DNA of 64,000 bases from Macrostomum lignano (Eukaryota): the NCBI GenBank assembly GCA_002269645.1, contig NIVC01001940.1, forward strand, positions 62,001-126,000. The letters are read 5' to 3'. Position numbers and translations under genes: made by a program. Each line of letters opens with the position of its first letter. The first letter of the stretch is position 1. The notes under the pieces were generated by a model. The model was given only the letters and a program-made list of their open reading frames with translations, was not told the DNA's origin and made no database searches. Below, one piece after another: positions 13,501-22,445 of the stretch.

Positions 13501-16500
13501 TGCTGTTGTGATGCTGTTGTGATGTTGTTGTGATGCTGTCGTGATACTGTTGTGATGCTGTTGTGATGCTGTTGTGATGCTGTTGTGATGCTGTTGTGAT
13601 GCTGTTGTGATGCTGTTGTGATGTTGTTGTGATGCTGTTGTGATGCTGTTGTGATACTGTTGTGATGCTGTTGTGATGCTGTTGTGATGCTGTTGTGATG
13701 CTGTTGTGATGCTGTTGTGTTGCTGTTGTGATGCTGTTGTCGTGATGCTGTTGTGTTGCTGTTGTGATGCTGTTGTGATGCTGTTGTGTTGCTGTTGTGA
13801 TGCTGTTGTGTTGCTGTTGTGATGCTGTTGTGATGCTGTTGTGTTGCTGTTGTGATGCTATTGTGATGCTGTTGTGTTGCTGTTGTGATGCTATTGTGAT
13901 GCTGTTGTGTTGCTGTTGTGATGCTGTTGTGATGCTATTGTGATGCTGTTGTGTTGCTGTTGTGATGCTATTGTGATGCTGTTGTGTTGCTGTTGTGATG
14001 CTGTTGTGATGCTGTTGTGTTGCTGTTGTGATGCTATTGTGATGCTGTTGTGATGCTGTTGTGATGCTGTTGTGTTGCTGTTGCTGTTTTGCTTTTATTC
14101 CGTTTTTTGAATTTTTCTGCTTTTTCCCCAGACTTTCAGCAGAACAAGGAGCTCCACTTGACATGAAATGAAATCATGTCATGAAATCATGAAATCTGAA
14201 TATGAAAATGCGGTCACAGGACAGGTCAATCAGACGCAAACTGATGAAAATTAATTTCCAATGCATTCTGGAAAAATGCCCGCACTAAGGGGCTCAAATT
14301 TGAGTATCAGAAAGCTTAATCAAAAAGACTGAGCACTGGGGATTTGAGAGCTGGGAAATTTTCCCCTATCAGCCCCGAAATGATGCGCGCTGATCTCAGT
14401 GGATAAAATCGAGCACTTGGGTTTTTGGCTTTCAGTCTCCGCGAGTTCCTCTGGGAAATGTGGCCGATTCGGTGCCCTATTCAAAGCCTCTTAAGTATTA
14501 AAGCATCACATAGAATTGGGATTCCCTATCTACAAAATCAGAATTCCCAATCGCCAAAATCGGAATTCCCCATCACCAAAATCGGAATTCCCCATCACCA
14601 AGATCGGAATTCCCCATCGCCAAAATCGGAATTCAAATCACCAAAATCGGAATTCCCCATCACCAAAATCGGAATTCCCCATCACCAAGATCGGAATTCC
14701 CCATCACCAAAATCGGAATTCCCCATCACCAAGATCGGAATTTCCCATCACCAAAATCGGAATTCCCCATGTCCGCAAACCTCAAGCTCTGCCTCGGCCG
14801 CCTCAGTCTCGGCCTCGGCTGCCAGCGCAGGCGGCATGCGGATGAGCAGCAGGCGCGGCAGGGCCCTGAAGAACACCCGGCGCACCCAGGGCGCCATGAC
14901 GCTGCCGTCGGGCGAGCGCCAGTGCACGTTGATGACAACCACGGTGGCCATGACGGACAGGGTCACCAGCGCCATGGTGAACAGCAGGTACTTCAGTATC
15001 AGCGGCACAACCCGCGATGTTGGCGGGCAAATGTCAAAGATCAGCCAGAAGAAGACGGTCAAGGAAACGAGGATGTTCACCGACAGGGACATTTTCTCGC
15101 CCGAGCTGCCGGGCAGGTAGAAGACGAGCACAGTGAGGAAGCTGATGGCCAGGCAGGGGCAGATGAGGTTCACCCCGTAGAACAGGGTCTTGCGGCGGAT
15201 CCGCAGAGAGAAGGTCAGGTCCAAGTAGGGCTCCGGGCAGCAGCGGTACTTGGCGATGTTGCGACGGGCGGAGGCCTCTGCGGAGTCGAGTTTACAACGT
15301 AATTCGACACGTTACTCGTAAAGAGTCACTCCAGAGAGAAGCGTCACTCCAGAGAGAAGAGTCACTCCAGAGAGAAGCGTCACTCTAGAGAGAAGAGTCA
15401 CTCCAGAGAGAAGCGTCACTCTAGAGAGAAGCGTCACTCCAGAGAGAAGAGTCACTCCAGAGAGAAGCGTCACTCTAGAGAAAAGCGTCACTCCAGAGAG
15501 AAGCGTCACTCTAGAGAGAAGCGTCACTCCAGAGAGAAGCATCACTCCAGAGAGGCGTCACTCCAGACAGAAGCGTCACTCCAGACAGAAGCGTCACTCC
15601 AGACAGAAGCGTCACTCCAGACAGAAGCGTCACTCCAGAGAGAAGCGTCACTCCAGAGAGGCGTCACTCCAGACAGAAGCGTCACTCCAGACAGAAGCGT
15701 CACTCCAGACAGAAGCGTCACTCCAGACAGAAGCGTCACTCCAGACAGAAGCGTCACTCCAGACAGAAGCGTCACTCCAGACAGAAGCGTCACTCCAGAC
15801 AGAAGCGTCACTCTAGACAAGCGTCGCCCCTCAAAGGTCACTCCGGGGCCCTCACCCAGGATGTCCCATTCGCCGTTCTCCACAAACTGGCTGAGATCGA
15901 CCGCATAGTCAATGAAGGCCTGGCAGTTGTCAAAGTTCACCCGCCGGTTCAGCAGCGCCTCCTCCATCTGGGCCACGTGACGCAGGTCGATTAGGAATCC
16001 GTTGTGAGTCCAGGTGCCGAGTTTCAGGGTGCAGTTCTGCGTGTCGAACGGGAAAAACTCCACGTCAATGTCGCACTGGCTCTTGAATATTATAGGCGGC
16101 TTCCACTGCACCGTGCCGTCCGAGAACACGCTGACTTTGTTGGCCGAACTGCGCAGGTCCCAGTCACCTCCGGCACTGCGGGTGACATTTTGCACATTTT
16201 GGGTAGGGGTTCAGAGGGACATTGTGAGCAATTATCGGAAGCGTTAGTAATTTGAGAGAAATTTCAAGACCTAATCTCATTTTTAGCACACGGGAAGCTC
16301 TAAAAAACAGTGAATCGCAAGATTGTCTCACTTGTTGTAGAGCACCAAATCTGGAGTCCAGATCTGCTCGGATGGGATGTGCATCACCCGGATGTTGTCG
16401 TAGCTGGCCGGATCCCAGATAAAATTTGGATCGTGCCACTGCTGGAAGACCCACATGTTCAGCGTGACGATTTGATTTTTCTCGTCCTGGCAATGAAAAT

Positions 16501-19460
16501 TGTTCGTGCGAGTACTGAGCCCGCGTTCATTCAGCTGGGTGAGAGATTGAGGGTTTGGGGTGGGGCAGGCACCCAGGCCTGAGAGGGGTTTGGGGTGGGG
16601 CAGGCACCCAGGCCTGAGAGGGGTTTGGGGTGGGGCAGGCACCCAGGCCTGAGAGAGCGAGGGGTTTGGGGTGGGGCAGGCACCCAGGCCTGAGAGAGTG
16701 AGGGTTTGGGGTGGGGCAGGCACCCAGGCCTGAGAGAGCGAGGGTTTGGGGTGGGGCAGGCACCCAGGCCTGAGAGAGCGAGGGGTTTGGGGTGGGGCAG
16801 GCACCCAGGCCTGAGAGAGCGAGGGGTTTGGGGTGGGGCAGGCACCCAGGCCTGAGAGAGCGAGGGTTTGGGGTGGGGCAGGCACCCAGGCCTGAGAGAG
16901 CGAGGGTTTGGGGTGGGGCAGGCACCCAGGTGAGAGAGCGAGGGTTTGGGGTGGGGCAGGCACCCAGGCCTGAGAGAGCGAGGGGTTTGGGGTGGGGCAG
17001 GCACCCAGGCCTGAGAGAGCGAGGGGTTTGGGGTGGGGCAGGCACCCAGGCCTGAGAGAGCGAGGGGTTTGGGGTGGGGCAGGCCATATGTCTGAGAGAG
17101 TGAGGGGTTTGGGGTGGGGCAGGCACCCAGGCCTGAGAGAGTTGCATCTGCGGCCAGATCAGACGCTCACCACATCGAGAATCTGCACGAGGCTGAGGTT
17201 CATGTACAGCAGGATCGGCTGGCTGTGATTGGTCACTGGCCGCACGTAGGATTTGTAGACGGTGGGATTCAACAGGCGGTTGAACAATCGCTTGGCGTCG
17301 GACATGCTGTTGGAGGCTGAGCAAAGTTATTTGGAAAGGGAGACTTGACAGAGAAGGCAATAAAGTGAGATTTGCTGGGTTTAAAAAGCGCAAAAACAGC
17401 TATTGGGAACACAGTCTTATCTAATAATAATAGTGGTGTTTGTGGGAAATAGGAGCTTGGGATATGGGGTATGGAAAGTTTAGAGTGTGTGGGGTATGAG
17501 TTGTGTGCAATGTGTTGGGTATGGGGAATGTGGAGTATGTGGGGTATGTGGGATAGTAAAGTGTGGGGAGTTGTGGGCACGAGGGGAAGGAAGGCAGTGT
17601 CAGTAGAATGAAGGTGGAGGGAGTGGCAGAGGGCTGAGTGGGAGGAAGTTAGAGACTAGCGGCTAAGGCCTGGGATTAGTCGGTGAGTCCGAAGGAAACT
17701 CCAAGGTAATTAGTATTTAATTAGTTGCGGGACAGGTTCCCCCAGGTCGAGCCTGGCAATTGCCTGTAGCTCCGCAGCAGAAAAAAAGTTGGCTGCCTAC
17801 TTGAGGAGGCGGGAGTCGGAAAAGTGGACCCCAGGCAGGTGAAGAGAATGCCAGGGAAAAGGCCAGGCCAGGTGTTTGCTCGAAAAGCACCCGGGGATCC
17901 GCGGAGTTGACTCAGGGCAGGCGGAACTAAATGAGAATTCGTTTAAGCCCCGCCAGCCTCCCTGCTCCCCCTGTTGCCGTGGCTGGCGCCGCATCGCGAG
18001 CTGAGGAAGGGGAGAAATATCCCAATAACACGGCAGAGACCATGCAGTGTTTCAGTTGGCCCTGGAATATTCCACCGCAAATGAAACAGGTGAGCTGGAA
18101 GCCATTAAGGCTTTTTCCACTAGCTGGTATGCTTTTTCTGTTCAGGAAATGCAAGGCCTGCAGACTGGGATGCATCTGCCGCACTGTGCTGAAGGGGCAG
18201 AGATTGTCTGCTTTTACAAGCAATATACCGATCAATCGTATATGGGCTCTCTCACTCTCTATAACCACGGTGCCGTTAAAAGACTTTAATATTACTCCAA
18301 GTTAACGGCGATTAAAAGTACATTTAGACTACACTGCGTGTAGGTTAAAAGACAGCTAGGTCCCGAGCTGGTTGAAGCGCAGTGCACCTGGCCAAGCAGA
18401 GAGGCTGCGGGCTACAGCGGGGCCGTGCCAATCAATGATTTGCGTGGATACTCAGCACTGGAGCAGCTCTGTCTGAGTCTTTTGATTATGCCTGTCCCTG
18501 AAGACTTTCTCAGCGGAACGGCTCTCTGGGCCTCTTCTTTTTCGAGATTAAAGAGGAGCAGGCGCGCTATCAAATTCCCAACATGGATTGCCACACCTTG
18601 ATCTCATGCACTCCCCCGATCGTACTCCGAGTGACCTCACTCGCCTTATCTGACTAACTTGATCTCACTGTGACTGACCTCACTGTGACTGACCTCACTG
18701 TGACTGACCTCACTGTGTCAGATCTCACTGTGTCAGATCTCACTGTGACTGACCTCACTGTGACTGACCTCACTGTGACTGACCTCACTGTGACTGACCT
18801 CACTGTGACTGACCTCACTGTGTCAGATCTCACTGTGTCAGATCTCACTGTGACTGACCTCACTGTGACTGACCTCACTGTGACTGACCTCACTGTGACT
18901 GACCTCACTGTGACTGACCTCACTGTGACAGATCTTACTGTGACAGATCTCACTGTGACAGATCTCACTGTGTCAGATCTCACTGTGACTGACCTCACTG
19001 TGACTGACCTCACTGTGACTGACCTCACTGTGACAGATCTTACTGTGACAGATCTCACTGTGACAGATCTCACTGTGTCAGATCTCACTGTGACAGATCT
19101 CACTGTGACTGACCTCACTGTGACTGACCTCACTGTGACTGACCTCACTGTGACTGACCTCACTGTGACAGATCTTACTGTGACAGATCTCACTGTGCCT
19201 GACCTCGCTGTGACAGATCTCACTGTGACAGGTTTCACTCTGACTGACCTCGCTGTGACAGATCTCACTGTGCCTGACCTCACTGTGCCTGACCTCGCTG
19301 TGTATGTCACTGTCGGAACTCACCTGATCTCACTCTATATGAGCACTATGCAGAAGCAGGTTATCATGCAGTCAGCAGACAGGCGGCAATTCATCTCACC
19401 GTTGACGCCGCTCAGACACAGGCTGAGGCCGGCGGTCACCAGAAGCAGCTGCAGCTTCAT
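4427..19460 (-). CDS. Nicotinic acetylcholine receptor alpha-type subunit (Cys-loop ligand-gated cation channel), 8 coding exons
   Basis: Exons 19460-19400, 17316-17171, 16486-16332, 16175-15856, 15277-14781, 6458-6264, 5294-5216 and 4566-4427 join in phase with GT-AG boundaries. They give a signal peptide, loop [10 protein letters not shown], Cys-loop [15 protein letters not shown], vicinal YRCC (alpha signature), M1-M3, the MA helix [12 protein letters not shown] and M4 [15 protein letters not shown]. The exon 6 acceptor is the least certain boundary. Confidence 0.93.
4705..4925. repeat. Degenerate TGACCTTGA minisatellite (nAChR intron 7)
   Basis: gagactttgaccttgaaaagttgacctt units. Confidence 0.85.
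5216..5294 (-). CDS. nAChR exon 7 (M4)
   Basis: [26 protein letters not shown]; cag/gtgag boundaries. Confidence 0.9.
5500..6240. repeat. 35-bp minisatellite (nAChR intron 6)
   Basis: gggattcattatctaaagtccccatgatgggattt units. Confidence 0.93.
6264..6458 (-). CDS. nAChR exon 6 (cytoplasmic loop, MA helix)
   Basis: [20 protein letters not shown]|gtgag; phase-0 acceptor at 6458 has a weak pyrimidine tract. Confidence 0.75.
6650..7772. repeat. 16-bp G-rich minisatellite GGGAGGGGAGAATGYA (nAChR intron 5)
   Basis: Direct periodicity. Confidence 0.95.
8278..8865. repeat. Compound (GTT/GCT) microsatellite
   Basis: Low-complexity TGT-rich run abutting the LINE 3' end. Confidence 0.95.
8866..12802 (-). 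mobile_element. Degenerate I-group (I/Nimb/Ingi-like) LINE in nAChR intron 5: PHD-like remnants, APE, RT, RNase H, zinc finger
   Basis: [39 protein letters not shown] and CRQC...H..C spread over several frames with stops and frameshifts. Confidence 0.88.
12803..14087. repeat. Compound (GTT/GAT/GCT) micro/minisatellite
   Basis: gatgctgttgt and gttgctgttgt units abutting the LINE 5' end. Confidence 0.95.
14512..14770. repeat. 22-bp minisatellite AAAATCGGAATTCCCCATCACC (nAChR intron 5, beside the donor)
   Basis: Direct periodicity. Confidence 0.93.
14781..15277 (-). CDS. nAChR exon 5 (loop C YRCC, M1-M3)
   Basis: [18 protein letters not shown] at the start of M2, three hydrophobic helices. 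Confidence 0.93.
15322..15815. repeat. 18-bp minisatellite AGAAGCGTCACTCCAGAS (nAChR intron 4)
   Basis: Direct periodicity. Confidence 0.95.
15856..16175 (-). CDS. nAChR exon 4 (Cys-loop, loop B, loop F)
   Basis: [31 protein letters not shown]. Confidence 0.93.
16332..16486 (-). CDS. nAChR exon 3 (DEKNQ...WTPDLVLYN)
   Basis: Loops D and A; cag/gtgag boundaries. Confidence 0.93.
16548..17140. repeat. ~40-bp G-rich minisatellite (nAChR intron 2)
   Basis: gggtttggggtggggcaggcacccaggcctgagagagcga units. Confidence 0.95.
17171..17316 (-). CDS. nAChR exon 2 ([11 protein letters not shown]...RPV...LVQILDV)
   Basis: Typical N-terminal helix and RPV motif; cag acceptor, gtgag donor. Confidence 0.9.
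18660..19310. repeat. 15-bp minisatellite TGACTGACCTCACTG (nAChR intron 1)
   Basis: Direct periodicity with TGTCAGATCTCACTG variants. Confidence 0.95.
19400..19460 (-). CDS. nAChR exon 1 (signal peptide [20 protein letters not shown])
   Basis: ATG at 19460, hydrophobic 20-aa leader, G|gtgag phase-1 donor matching the phase of exon 2. Confidence 0.8.
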
Positions 19461-19919
19461 CAACTCCAGATAAGGACTCCGAGAATCTTCTTATCTCCCA
19501 GAGCCTTGAAAAATTTATACTGCTCTCAAATGCTAATGCTGTCGGCTTTATACCCCACACAGCACTGACAGATCCCCGTTATCAGCGCCCAGCCAATCGC
19601 TTGCAAGTGGGAAATGAGGGACTCCAGGATCGATCCCCGGCTCCGCACCGCTGGACTGTCGCTCCCGCATGCTGTTGTTGCTTTCAATTTCCTGCACATT
19701 TTCAGCTCGGCCAGAATGAGATCTGGCTGACGCTATGGCCAATTGGAATAAAATTGTTCCGCCTGTTTGCAGCAGTATCGATTGCGACTTGCTAGCTGGC
19801 TGACCAACCATGCGTGCTGATCAGCCATCTTCCTGACGGCTTCACCGTATTAGCAATTTCAAATTCCCACTTTCTTCTTACCCATCTGATCTCAATCTCT
19901 TATTTAATATCTCTCCAAT

Positions 19920-20700
19920 CTCACCCCACTCTTATCTGATCTCCTCATCCAATCTCAACTCACTCCTTTTTATCTGTTCTCCTCATCCAATCTCATCTCA
20001 CTCTTTTTTATCTGATCTCCTTATCCAATCTCATCTGACTCTTTTTATCTGATCTCCTTATCCAATCTCATCTCACTCTTTTTTATCTGATCTCCTTATC
20101 CAATCTCATCTCACTCTTTTTATCTGATCTCCTCATCCAATCTCATCTCACTCTTTTTTATCTTATCTCCTCATCCAATCTCATCTCACTCTTTTTTATC
20201 TGATCTCCTTATCCAATCTCATCTCACTCTTTTTTATCTGATCTCCTTATCCAATCTCATCTCACTCTTTTTATCTGATCTCCTCATCCAATCTCATCTC
20301 ACTCTTTTTTATCTGATCTCCTTATCCAATCTCATCTCACTCTTTTTATCTGATCTCCTCATCCAATCTCAACTCACTCTTTTTTATCTGATCTCCTCAT
20401 CCAATCTCATCTCACTCTTTTTTATCTGATCTCCTTATCCAATCTCATCTCGCTCTTTTATCTGATCTCCTCATCCAATCTCATCTCGCTCTTTTATCTG
20501 ATCTCCTCATCCAATCTCAACTCACTCTTTTTTATCTGATCTCCTCATCCAATCTCACCTCACTCTTTTTTATCTTATCTCCTCATCCAATCTCATCTCA
20601 CTCTTTTATCTGATCTCCTCATCCAATCTCATCTCACTCTTTTTTATCTGATCTCCTCATCCAATCTCACCTCACTCTCTTATCTAATCTCACTTTTTAT
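19920..20700. repeat. ~38-bp pyrimidine-rich minisatellite between brm and nAChR
   Basis: tctcatctcactcttttttatctgatctcctcatccaa units. Confidence 0.93.
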
Positions 20701-20945
20701 CTATCTGGTCACAATCTACTATCTGATCTCAGTCTTCGGTCTCATCTCACTCCAATCTAACTCACCCATCTGATCTCAATGTCCTATTGGATTTCTGAAT
20801 GAAAATAAGGAAGCACTTTATATATAAAACTGTGATTTTATCTGATTTAAGTTATGAATAGCCAGTACACAGTGACACAGTAAGTACGGACGTGTTGACT
20901 TATATTTAGATATGTTATATAGCAATAACAATTATTATTACTACT

Positions 20946-20946
<1 letters not shown>

Positions 20947-20978
<32 letters not shown>
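20947..20978. repeat. (CA)n microsatellite
   Basis: Direct. Confidence 0.9.
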
Positions 20979-20980
<2 letters not shown>

Positions 20981-21528
20981 GAAAGAGAATGAGGTGTGTG
21001 TTTAATCACATAATAAACAGGTAAAAACAGACTCGCGTATAAACAAACCAAAATTTGAAGAGGATGTACACATGCACAACTGCTAAATATGTTATTGTTA
21101 CTGTTGCTACTGTTATAATAACAATATGAACAAAGCAAAAAATTGCGATTGCTCTTTATTATTAGCTCGCTAAGAAGCGGGACCATATTTTAATTAAAAA
21201 TTTCAATATACCAACAATATACTCGTACTAGTAAAGCATATAAACACGCTCACGGGGGTTAAAAACTTATGACTATGAATCTTTTTTATTAAAAAAAGCA
21301 ACAGACAAAGTGCTATTTTTATAACAAGCAAAAATATGTTGCCATGTATCGGGTCGATCATAGAGAGACGGGCAATGACAACAAAAAGTGATTTATAGGG
21401 AACGAGTGAATATTAATATGCATTCGCGTGCAGCAAAGTTACAAATAAAGTAACATTAATAGACAGCTTTAAGTAACTTTAATCAGTATTTTATTAGTCA
21501 TTGTCATGATTGACCACTCAAAAGTCAA

Positions 21529-22445
21529 TCATTCAGCCGCCGTGAATGTTGATAACTCCGACTTTGCGCCAGAATCCGCATCCATCGATGCACCCTCGTT
21601 CACATCCGTGTCCGGTTCAGCGCTTACTTCAGCTTCCGCAACTGCAATCGCTTCCGGAGCTACTTCCGCTTCCGGAGCTACTTCCGCTTCTGGAGCTACT
21701 TCCGCTTCTGGAGATACTTCCGCTTCCGGAGCTACTTCCGCTTCCGGAGCTACTTCCGCTTCCGGAGCTACTTCCGCTTCTGGAGATACTTCCGCTTCTG
21801 GAGATACTTCCGCTTCCGGAGCTACTTCCGCTTCCGGAGCTACTTCCGCTTCTGGAGATACTTCCGCTTCTGGAGATACTTCCGCTTCCGGAGCTACTTC
21901 CGCTTCCGGAGATACTTCCGCTTCCGGAACTACTTCCGCAGTCGCATTCCCTTCCGAAACCAGTTCCGCTTCCGAAGGTACTTCCGCTTCGACACTAACT
22001 TCAATGTCGGCATTGGCATCAGCGTCATTGTTCGCATCTTTATCTTTTCGTTCGTCAACAGTTTCTGCATCACCTTCGAATTTCGCTTCTTCTCCGACCT
22101 CCTCTTCGGCTTCTGGTTCCTCTTCCTCTTCCGGTTGGGTACGAGTATCCCCGTCCGCTTCCGGTTCTGCGTCCATTTCCATTTCCGCTTCCGGTTCCTC
22201 CAGCTCAGCGTCTGTCTGCGCCGGATTTGAGGCCGGCGCCGGGGTGTCCGCTCGTTCCGCGTCCTCTTCCTCGTCATTAACAAAGAACGTTGGCGGCGGC
22301 GGCAGCTGCTGAGGTGCCCGACGCCGCTTGGCACCGCGGCCGGGTCCTGCTGAGGAGCCGCGCCGAGCCGAGGACCGCGGCCGCTTCCTGGTTGTCGAAG
22401 AACTTCCAGAGGCCTGCGCCTGAGTCGGACTGGTCAGAATTGACT
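21529..22445 (-). CDS. brm: brm exon 10 (basic segment and acidic tail with PEAEV[A/S] repeats)
   Basis: cag|AG phase-1 acceptor at 22445 is in frame with the 21529..22182 ORF; open to TGA. Confidence 0.75.

Noticed and set aside
12782-14164. 460-aa [12 protein letters not shown]
   Set aside because: Microsatellite translation
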